From: Fimbriosthenelais zetlandica
Lineage: Eukaryota
Direction of reading: 5' to 3'
DNA: 64,000 nt
Assembly (NCBI GenBank): GCA_977030845.1
Contig: OZ365113.1
Location: forward strand, 12,834,001-12,898,000
Position 1 is the stretch's first letter, and every line of letters starts with the position of its first letter. A program made the translations under genes and the position numbers. Under the pieces are notes generated by a model, which was not told the DNA's origin, did not search any database, and saw only the letters and a program-made list of their open reading frames with translations. Positions 12,017-21,633 of the stretch are shown one piece after another.

Positions 12017-12559
12017 AGAGAAGAAGATAGAAAAAAAATAGAAGATAGACATAAGAAAAAAAATAAACTGTCAACTATGACAGTGTCTATAAGAGACATT
12101 GCCAGTAGTTGACAGTGACAGTGGAGATAATTAATTTTGAAATGGTGACAGTAGAGCAGTAGTGGAGATACTTAAATGAAGGAAGGTACTTAAACTAAAT
12201 TAGTTAGAAAAGAATATTATCGGACTTAAAAGAAGGAAAGGAAAGGAGCAGTAAAACTTAAATGAACATTAGACTTAAGAAGGTACTTAAACTATATTAG
12301 TTAGAAAAGAATATTAAAGGACTTAAAAGAAGGAAAGGAAATTACTTGAATGTAGACCAGAGCATTAGTTGACAGTGTGAAGGACTTAAAACAAGGAAAC
12401 TTAACAAGATAGACTAGAAATGAACTTAGTAGACAAGGTTATAAGAGAATATCTTAAAACTACCTGAAGCAGACATTGAATAGAACCAAAAATGACTTAT
12501 TTCTATGCCTGCGCTAGCCACTGTGACGAAAACCAAGCAAAATTGATGGACTGAGGGGC

Positions 12560-13050
12560 AGGAGGAAATTTTGGAGAAGTGGGAGTTGAGGGAGGGAGGA
12601 TGGATGTAGGAATTCTTAGGAGGCAGACGTATAAAGGAACACTATGGACCAGGCTGTGAGAGTGGGGAGGGTGACAGGAAATAAAATAAAATTTATAGGT
12701 GTAGGAATATCCATTGATAGAGGGAGAATAATAAAAGTGGGGGTGGGGGTTGACTGGAGGGCGAGTTAGAGTGGAGACTGGAGGAGTGAGTTGCAGTTGG
12801 AGAAGGTTTGGAGGGAGGAGAAGGTAGGGAGGGAGGGAGGAGAAGGTTTGGAGGGAGGGAGGAGAAGGTTGGGAGGGAGGGAGGAGAAGGTAGGGGAAGG
12901 CTGGGAGGGAGGAGAAGGTTGGGAGCGAGGGGAAGTTGGGGGATGAAGGAATTCTTAGGAGGCAGGCATACGGAAGGAGTAGGGGTAGGGGTAAGCAGGG
13001 TGGGGGGGGGTCTATGGACCAGGCTGTGAGGGAGGATGTAGGAGGGAGGA
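12560..13050 (+). repeat. Purine-rich (GGAG/GGGA) low-complexity region with internal duplications
   Basis: Repeated GGAGAAGGT(T)(T/G)GGAGGGAGG; AGGAATTCTTAGGAGGCAG and CTATGGACCAGGCTGTGAG each occur twice. Confidence 0.8.
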
Positions 13051-13619
13051 AACGAGCGAATTTGGATGGTGAATGGCTAGCCCAAGCACAGGAATATATA
13101 TATATAAAAGAAATACATACACCGATTTGGATTAGAAAGGAGAAACTTAATATAGAGAAGCAGCACAGAATAAATATCCTAAGTTCAATGGAAATTGACC
13201 GAACTGAAGAAAACTCGATTGAATGCTACAGTCTAAGAATGTAAAGGAATTGTAGACAAAATAAATGGTAAATAACTGTCCTAACACAAGAACTAACTCG
13301 ATATAGAGCTAGGGTATACTGCATTGAACTAAATCTAATCAAATAGCCGTAACAAAATGGAGTCGGATGGAATATACTCAATAAATTATACAAATAAAAC
13401 TGGGTTATAAAAAACAAATGGACTAAAGACGAGCCTGTACTTTATGGGTGAAAAATGTCACTAGAAACTAAAATAAACTAAACTAAAATAACTGCCCTAA
13501 CAAAGCGTAGAGAACATTTTTTATTCTTTTTCCTAATGCCAGCGGTAAAGTACTCGAGAAGAAAAGAAATTTTTTTTCCCTAACAAAGCGAGTATAAAAC
13601 TTCAAATAGAGACAAGAAT

Positions 13620-14220
13620 ATCAAGTAGGATCATGTACTATATTAAATCTACAAATAAAAATGGATCTAAAAAAACTTGGACTACATTTATAAGACTTAA
13701 TGGGAGGGACGGGAGGTCAATGCTAATCGAATTAAATCCAGATGGGTCCACAAAATAGAATCGACGAGGATAGAACAGGAACTCTAAGATAAAGCTTTGT
13801 CTACAATATATTGTATAAGAGAATAGGGACAAATTAACCGATACTCAGTGAGAAAATGGAGCTTAATAGATTTGACATGGACAAAAATATCAAGGAGCTA
13901 AAAAAAAAAAAGAAGGAGCCATCGTGATAAACTAATAAAATATAATAAACTAATTCGGAATATTGAGCTCTATAAAATTATAAAGAGTACTTCAACTAGC
14001 ATAGACTGAACTCTATATAGGCCTAAAGAGTGATTCAACTAGCATAGACTGCCCTGAAAGACACTGAACTATATCTTTAAAAAATCGAAAATATTTAAAG
14101 AGCCAAAAGACAATGGAATAGGAGGGTATATACTAAACTAAGTCTACAATCAATCTAAATTAGAACAGAAATATAATCAAAAGGCTGGACAAAATAAGAC
14201 ACTCTACTTCATGATAGAGA
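13620..14220 (+). mobile_element. Possible heavily decayed non-LTR retrotransposon (L2/CR1-like) ORF2 remnant
   Basis: A-rich strand; broken frames give YYIKSTNKNGSKKTWTTFIRLNGR, KRIGTN, KNIKELKKKK and STINL..IIKRLDK in the order expected for the linker and RT N-terminus. Many stops; resemblance by eye only. Confidence 0.25.
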
Positions 14221-14957
14221 AAGGAGATAAATGTCAATAGAATTAAATCCAAAAGATAGAATGGACGAGTATACAATGCACTCAGTACAGAGGCAATACA
14301 GAATACAACTACAATATAAGGAGATAATAGGCGACTAAGTAGCCTCACTCAATGAGATAATAGATTTTAAAAGTAGAATTATATCAGGGAGCTACAATAG
14401 CATAGACTAGGCGGACAGAGATAAACCTAAAAGCCATGAAAGAATTATAATGAAATTAAAGATATATAAGGCCAAGAAAATGTATTACTATCCCTTCTTT
14501 CTTTAGATCATTAGCTTGAAATCTATGTCATCGGTTCTGTCTTGATTCCTGTTTTTTGCGGGTTTCCTCGGTGGAAATAACAAAATTAATGTTTATCTAT
14601 ATTGGTCTTCCTTTTTTTACTTTCTTTACTTTACCCATTATAATATCTGAAAAAACGATGGCAAAACTATATGAAATGGGAGAAGCTTTTAAACTAAGAG
14701 GTACCAAACTCATGTCTATCTACAACTTACATGAATCGCCAACAAACGGACAAAAGACAGTAAGATAATCGACTCCATGCACTAAGATGAAACATTGGAC
14801 AAGCCAGCAACGAGAAACTACCTATGTTTTAATTACACAAAAGACTAAGTTGATAAGGAAAGGAACAGACAAGACCCCGACAAGTCGAAAGTACAGAGAA
14901 CATGTTAATAATTGTGCTTAGTTGACCAAAACATGCAAAAGATACTTAACACCTAGT

Positions 14958-15242
14958 ATGCACCAGTCAATGTACCGCCCTCCGCCAACCCCCAGGCTGA
15001 CCAGGAGATTTCAGACCAACTCCAAAAATTAAGTCTTAATTCCCGGGTATCCTTACAATTATAAGTCGGAAATGCTGTGATTTCATAATAATATTATCAT
15101 CACAGGTTATAATGTTAAATGTATTGAAATTTCCAAGACGAAAAATCTACTGTCTGAATCCCGGCGTCGTTCTGCCCCAAATGGTCTAAACCCCCAGGTC
15201 AGCCCGCGGGGGCGGTGTTCAGGGGCACATTGACTTGTGCAT
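14958..15242. mobile_element. MITE (~285 bp) with terminal inverted repeats
   Basis: Left ATGCACCAGTCAATGT and right ACATTGACTTGTGCAT, with inner CCCC(A)GGCTGACC / GGTCAGCCCGCGGGG inverted match; no coding capacity. Confidence 0.75.
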
Positions 15243-15263
15243 TAATTAGTTTAATTGTCTTAC

Positions 15264-15305
15264 CTTCAGCCAGGTAGTCAGGAGGAACTCGGATGATTGT
15301 TGTGC
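15264..15305 (-). other. Candidate 42-nt exon of an unassigned transcript
   Basis: catttcttcAG acceptor and AAG|GTAAGA donor; open in phase 1 (GTTIIRVPPDYLAE) and in phase 0. Confidence 0.5.
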
Positions 15306-16206
15306 CTGAAGAAATGTTCTCTTATGTGAAGCTGGAGAAGTAGAGACGATGATGATGCAGCAGGGCTTGGCACAACGATTTTCCCCCTAAAATATGATAA
15401 ATAATATTCATTTAGCATTTTAGCAGATCCAGTACCAATGACTCAAAAGTTTCAGTCCTGAAAGAAACACCAAATATTAGCAAAAGGAAAAATATATTGT
15501 ACAGAGATATGAAAGAGTACAATTATTAGCAGGAAAAACAGTGGCGTGTGGAAGAGGGACGGGAAGGGCAAAAAGAATTAGGAGGAAACTTAGGATAGTT
15601 TACAGAAATTGGAAATTTGGTGGACCATTTTGTACCTCTTAAATTGTCTGCGTTTCTGGTATTTTGATAACTGCGTTATTTCCTTTACTAACTAAATTTC
15701 ATATTGCATTTATTGACTACTAAACTTAAATTTGACCAGCTAAATGTAATCTATAGATTAGTGGTCTGCACGGTCCACCAGATTCAACATTTAATTTCGA
15801 GCCCTGTAAACACATTATATAAGTATTATATTTAAAGGCGGACAAATTTTGATATTCCTAATTTAAACGCTGAAGTTGGGAACCTTCATAGAAATTATAT
15901 ATCTGTAGGCTTACACATAGTAATTTCGAATCATGCGTTTCACAAAACCAGCAAGGTGATCGAGGGGACGCCATATTGTACACATGTACTAGTGTATCTC
16001 TCAGACAATTTGCACAATTCAAGATCCAATTTTCTCCCAGATATCCAACATGTAAAATATTATAACACATCAATATACAATCCCTACAATACAAACTTAA
16101 TGTTCAACACAAAATTAGCTGACAAGTCTGGTTAAAAACTTACATTTTCATGAATATTTCCTTAGGAACTTGCCAGTGAGATTCCAGGACAAGCGTGTCC
16201 ACACAC

Positions 16207-16269
16207 CTGTAAGCAAGGCGGTGCAGGAGGTGTTCGGATCAATAAGCCAATACAAATCATCCCAATGGT
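16207..16269 (-). other. Candidate 63-nt exon of an unassigned transcript
   Basis: ttttatattcggtttcAG acceptor and CAG|GTGTGT donor; open in phase 1 (DHWDDLYWLIDPNTSCTALLT) and in phase 0. Confidence 0.45.
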
Positions 16270-16854
16270 CTGAAACCGAATATAAAAAATTGCGATATTA
16301 GGAAAATGTGTTTTCTATTCATATCATACTTTTTATGGTTGATTTTGGACAAGTTGACTTAGAGAGAAGTTTTTTGGTAAGGTCCACGGTTTCTGAACAC
16401 ACCCAGACTGACCTGACCACCCTGATCTATCAATTATAAGTTGGTAACCGAGAAAATATGTAACAACAAATCTATAAAACACCAATCAAGTCGTTCACTG
16501 CTTCCGAATTGTCTGTGATCAATGGACTCGGAAAAAAATCGTGTCAAAGATATTTTAAAGGAAAACAATGATGAAATATAACATCGGGCCCCATTAAAAG
16601 ATTCCTGGACTAGGTGACACAGCATATATTATCAGCCACCTCTCACAATGTCTTACTCTCTTGGCTTCATGTCAATTTAACATATTTAATCTAGTCAGAA
16701 CTCGACATTTAGCCTACAATCTGAGACTCCCATTTTGTTTTGCTATCACTTGGAAAAATCATTTGGTCAGTCCGACCTGGACTTTTATGATCTCCAACTC
16801 CCATTTTTCTATATAGCTTATCACAGGTAGGGTGAAGCGCCTAAGTAGCCAAAA

Positions 16855-16926
16855 CTGGATCTAGATCAGTTGGTAGGGTGGCGCATTAGAAACTGGATTG
16901 TCGTGGGTTCGAATCCTCTTTGGTGC
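16855..16926 (+). pseudogene. Isolated tRNA-like sequence / SINE head
   Basis: TAGATCAGTTGGTAG A box and GGTTCGAATCC B box (16906-16916) at tRNA spacing; stems do not pair well. Confidence 0.6.
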
Positions 16927-16994
16927 TGTGGGTAGGCCTATGCATTTTCCTCTCTGCAAAAGTGTGATGAGAAATGCACATAGACGAATATTTG

Positions 16995-17287
16995 ACTTAA
17001 GCAGGCACAGTGCTTTACTAAGGCACCAGACAGGCACATTTAATTCCACACAGCTGTAGGCCATGTAGGCATATATTTTTCACATTGGTAGACGCCACAG
17101 TTTCCATTTACAACTGAGGCAGCTTCTTTTTCAGAGTCATGGCTCTAAAAACGATTAACTTAAGCAGGCACAGTGCCTTACTAAGGCACCAGACAGGCAC
17201 ATCTAATTCCACACAGCTGTAGGCCATGTAGGCACATACTTTTCACATTGGTAGACGCCACTGTTTCCATTTACAACTGAGGCAGCT
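16995..17287 (+). repeat. ~130-bp direct duplication with 33-bp spacer
   Basis: 16995-17124 and 17158-17287 differ at a handful of positions. Confidence 0.92.
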
Positions 17288-17290
17288 ATC

Positions 17291-17404
17291 AAGTCTCTTT
17301 ATATCATATTCTCCACCTATCTCCACGTATGAGGAATTCCATAAGCCTACCCCAATAAAATCGTTTGGTTTTGAAGATAGGTGGAAAATATAATAAAGAG
17401 ACTT
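17291..17404. repeat. Small foldback / mini-MITE with ~30-bp inverted arms
   Basis: AAGTCTCTTTATATCATATTCTCCACCTATC versus the reverse complement of GATAGGTGGAAAATATAATAAAGAGACTT. Confidence 0.75.
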
Positions 17405-17860
17405 CAGGGTGAACACGTATATTATTAGTTTACAAACAAATACAGGGGCGTAGGAAGAAAAATAAAATCAATCTAAGTGGTGGATGGTAATAACATCATG
17501 GTACGTCTTTCCACCACAAAATGGGGGCTACTAATTTGGATATATATGTAGGGCCCACATGCAATAAATCCGCACGGTATTCATTACCACGCCACACCCC
17601 ATGCAGACCTTAGAACAAAAACGGAATACAAATTATAGCTTTGCTCGATTTATATTAGACTAAATTAATCACTGCCTGCTGGATAAAACCCCTAATAATA
17701 TGGGATAGTAATTTAAGGGAAATTCAGACCGTGGCAATGGAGCAATCTAGCCGGGAGTTGGGGCTGTTGTGGTCGGGGAGAGCCGGCGGCAGATGCCGGT
17801 CTGCCACCCGGGCCACAGAGACAAGGGGGTCTCATGGAAGAGTCCGGCTCTATTGTTAAC

Positions 17861-18645
17861 AATTATTTAGCCCCCCGGACCCCTCTGCGGCCCCCAATCT
17901 CCACCTCCACCCCCATATCTACCCCAGGCATCCACCACAACACCCTCCCAAAATTTCAGCCTGATCCATTGCTTCTAACCTGTCTAAATTCCTTGTTTTC
18001 CGCAAAAGTGCACGCTCCATAGGCGCAATGTTAAAAATCACTCACGATTACAGGAATGTGTGCCACAGAGCCGGTTTGCCAGTCCACTCCAATCGGCTCT
18101 TTCCATACTTAATATGTGTTATTTTTACCCCAAACAACGGTTATGTATGACTTATGACCTCTACTGATAAATATCAAAAGAGCAGAGACGTAAAACGAGG
18201 ATAATACCGATTTTTGCGAAGTTAACCAATCGGCCGTTCGTATACTGGCCTATAATTTGGCCTTTTAAAAACCTTAACAGCGCCCTCTCACTAAAAGTCG
18301 AAAAAGTTGAATAACTTTGGAAATAATGGGTCTAAAATTACAATTTAAACGGATTATTCTTAGTTAGGAGACCCTTCAGATATCTATGTGGTTTTTGTTC
18401 CGATAAATTTCATTTAAAATTTTAGATTTTCAAAATGGACTGAATTTCTTCAATTAGCATTGGAGTCTATGGAAGGAGGCGCCTGAGCGCCAGTGGCGAC
18501 CCGAGAACGGCGGAAACGTGAACTACTATCCGCCAGCCAGCATAAACGGAGTACGTGAGGGAACGCCTAGCAAGGGTATATAGGCCTTGTGATATATATA
18601 TAGGCCTATGGGAAATAGTGAAGGAACGCCTAGCAAGGGTATATG
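17861..18645 (+). mobile_element. Modular repeat family, copy C (subfamily alpha) with 2 minisatellite units
   Basis: Body differs from copy A by only a few substitutions by eye; the C-rich unit is more diverged. Confidence 0.78.
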
Positions 18646-18651
18646 TATGGG

Positions 18652-18990
18652 ATGGGGGGCTCGAGAATTTTTAACATTGGCGCCTATGGACAGTACCTAC
18701 ACAGTGGGCTATTCCAAGGGATTATGACAGGTTAGCCGTTTCAAATCGGGCTGGGGGTTTTAGAGTGACTTTATAGCAGTGCTCGGGATAGACATGGGGT
18801 TGGGGTCGGAGGTTCGGGGAAGGGGAAGGGGGCCGGGGGTCAAAATAATTATAAACGTTGTGATTCAGCCTTGCACTGGGCAGAGTGTAATGCATGACCT
18901 GAGAGCTGTAACGAATGTTTGAGCCAGGGAGCTTAGAGGTAAGACACTGGCCTGGAGCGCGGAAGATCGGGGGTTCGATTCCACTGGCTA
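18652..18990 (-). mobile_element. Inverted C-rich unit plus spacer plus tRNA-like module of the same family
   Basis: Reverse complement of the 5505-5828 block (shared GTGATTCAGCCTTGC spacer and TTTTAACATTGGCGCCTATGGACAG unit end). Confidence 0.7.
18921..18990 (+). pseudogene. tRNA-derived module, homolog of 5505-5572
   Basis: GAGCCAGGGAGCTTAGAGGTAAGACACTGGCCTGGAGCGCGGAAGATCGGGGGTTCGATTCCACTGGCT; B box GGTTCGATTCC; AGCCAG/CTGGCT acceptor pairing retained, but T and anticodon stems are broken. Confidence 0.65.
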
Positions 18991-19286
18991 AGACTAAGAC
19001 TTTACATTTTGAATTTTGAAAAAAGACCAAGTGGTTGCCGAGATATTAAAGATTTTCGAAATCAGAATCGTGACACAGATTGTGCCAATTCCTTGTCAGT
19101 CACTTGTCCGACGAAAAATGCACCCTCCTCTATGTCATGTATAGCTTGATTCAAGTCGTGAGAGGCGGAAGTGTGCGGGCGCTTATCCGAGTACCAGCGC
19201 AATGAAACATAAGACCATATTCGGATATTCGTAACTAATACCATACACCATGTAAAAGAGATTATTTCAGGGTAAATGACCCTTCC

Positions 19287-19355
19287 CAGATAGTGGTTCG
19301 ATCCTCCGATCCCTCAGTTCGTGTGCCAGCGCTCTAACCATTTGACCGCAATGCA
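19287..19355 (-). pseudogene. Degenerate tRNA-derived module
   Basis: GCATTGCGGTCAAATGGTTAGAGCGCTGGC...GGAGGATCGAACC; A-box-like TGGTTAGAGCG and a mutated B box. Confidence 0.5.
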
Positions 19356-19426
19356 CTTGGCTGGTGTGGTGTGGTATAAATCCTGGCCTGATGCCTGAGG
19401 CAGCTTGACAACTGTCAATAGGGCAA

Positions 19427-20098
19427 AAATTATTTAGCCCCCGTACCCCTCGCAGGCCCCCAACTTTCACCCCGAGCCCCATGTCCACCCCAGACACCCA
19501 CCAAAACTTGCCCAAAACATTTCAGCGCTAATCTCTACCGCTAACATGTCAAAATCTAACGGATTCGGCAAAAGTGTCCCGCCCATAGGCTCAATGTTAA
19601 AAATCACTCTCGATTACAGGAATGTGTGCTACTGAGCCGGTTTGTCAGTCCACTCCAATCGGCCTTTTCTCCATTTAATCTGCATTATTTCCACTCAAGA
19701 CCATAGCTATTTCCTAAGTATGACGCATACTAACAAATGTCAGGAGATCAGAGAAGAAAAACGAGGAAAACCCCGATTTTGACAAAGTTGACAAATCGGC
19801 CGCGCGTATACCGGCCTATAATTTGGCCTTTTAAAAACCTTAACAGCGCCCTCTCACTAAAAGTCGAAAAAGTTGAATAACTTTGTAAATTATGGGTCTA
19901 AAATTACAAATAAAACGGATTATTCTTAGTTGAGAGCATCTCCAGGTGTTTATGTGGTTTTTGTGTAGATGAAATTAATTTAAAATTTCGATTTTTCAAA
20001 ATGGTGCGAATTTGAGGCTTTAGCATTGGACTCTATGGAAGGACAAGCCAGCGCGACTGAAGCGACCCGAGATTTCTAGCGGCGAAAAGGTGAACTAG
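19427..20098 (+). mobile_element. Modular repeat family, copy D (subfamily beta) ending GGTGAACTAG
   Basis: Collinear with copies A and C; closest to the inverted copy A'. Confidence 0.75.
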
Positions 20099-20439
20099 CC
20101 TACTGAGATCTAGCATATAGTGGTGAATGGATCTGGCCAACGATCTCTACACAAGAATTAGCCCGAGAGACCCTTACTCTGCTACACAAGAATGGTCATC
20201 CCATACAGGACTGGAGAGAGTCAGAGTTTCTCGGGCTATACATGAATAGGAGTTGAACAGGTTTAATAAATATGTTTAAAAAGTTTAATAATAGCGGGCC
20301 TAAAACTACATGGTGGATATATCTCATGGGTGGATACCTATATAGGGCGAGGCGAGGCTTGTCTTACAGGCTAGCGGACACGGTACCTCCACCCACTACC
20401 TGAGGGCGCCACTGTGCCGACAATTTAGCGTTTGCCACG

Positions 20440-20770
20440 GTCTTGGCCTTGGTTCGCCCTCATGGATCTTGCACACCTCGAAAAATGCATCATTTTTGAA
20501 AATCGAAATTTTTAGAAGCAGTTTACACATTTATCACTAATATTACCCGTTAGACATTTTCCCAACTAAGATTATCCATTTCGAATTTTGAAAAAAGACC
20601 TTGTGGTTGCCGAGATATTAAAGATTTTCGAAATCAGAGTCGTGACACAGATTGTGCCAAGTCCTTGTCCGACAAAAAATGCACCCTCCTCTATTTCATG
20701 TTTAACTTGATTCCAGTCGTGAGCGGCGGATGTGGGCGTTCGAGTGGAACAGGTACCTGCGCAATGAAGC
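20440..20770 (-). mobile_element. Diverged subfamily gamma body; 20580-20770 is directly repeated at ~19005-19210, with a related fragment at ~5255-5350
   Basis: Shared GAATTTTGAAAAAAGACC..GTGGTTGCCGAGATATTAAAGATTTTCGAAATCAGA block; CCAACTAAGA(T/A)TATCC and TTTT(G/C)AAAATCGAAATTTT are homologous to the alpha/beta body. Confidence 0.65.
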
Positions 20771-21472
20771 CTGAGACATATATATAGTGTTACTGTTTTT
20801 ATTGATTGCCAAGCATTTGGCTGTACCAGGTGAAAAGAGATAGGTTAGGTTACATCCAAGGATTGTATGTATTTTCCAGCCTTTATTATCCATACATGAC
20901 GGAAAGAAGAGTTCATAATGAGAATTAGAAGGAGTAGGAGCGGGTATAGGTGCATGTTCCCCGCTGGTCAGCAGTAGTGGTGGTCAGCTGTGGTGATTCA
21001 GTCGATACAAGCAGCTACCATACAGCCATGGATGTAAGAGGTGGAACCATTACCATATCTTGGACATATATATATACAAGATCACAGCACCTGGAAACAA
21101 TAAAATAAGGGATTTCAAGGGATGGGAGTGCACAAATAAATATTTGAAAGTGAATTTTCTAGGTATTCTAGAAATCATTAATACATCTTCGAAAATCTGA
21201 GGACTGTACATCAGTCTAACTGGATCTAACTACCATAAAAGCATCAATCACAATGAGCACTGGCACGTGACAACAGTGAAAATAAAAAACCCTCAATAAC
21301 AAATCAATTTTAAGTCCCTGTCTTGATGGACTAGGCCGAACTAATGTAAGCAACATGCGGCATATATATAGTGACTGGACTCCTATATGCTCTCCATCAC
21401 ACACACCATATGACACAGTAATTAATAAACGGACAGTAACTGACCACACAAGCACATTTTAGAGACACTCAC

Positions 21473-21633
21473 CTTGTAACGAGATATCGGTAGGTAACCA
21501 CAGATCACCTGCGATTGTGTGCACACATGTCTGCTTTGTAAACACCACCACGTCTCCCACACTCCTCACTTTAACACTAGAGGGAGGGTCACCGTTGGTC
21601 ATTCTATTAGTGTTCCCACGGTGTTGGAATATC
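21473..21633 (-). other. Candidate 161-nt exon of an unassigned transcript
   Basis: catttttttcAG acceptor and AAG|GTGAGT donor; one open frame; neighbouring candidate exon at 21770-21855 also has strong sites. Confidence 0.55.

Noticed and set aside
12808-13244. G/R/E-rich ORFs
   Set aside because: They arise from purine-rich low-complexity repeats that lack stop codons.
5505-19355. tRNA-like sequences (5505, 16855, 18921, 19287) as functional tRNA genes
   Set aside because: A/B boxes are present but acceptor, anticodon or T stems do not pair fully; called pseudogene or element modules instead.
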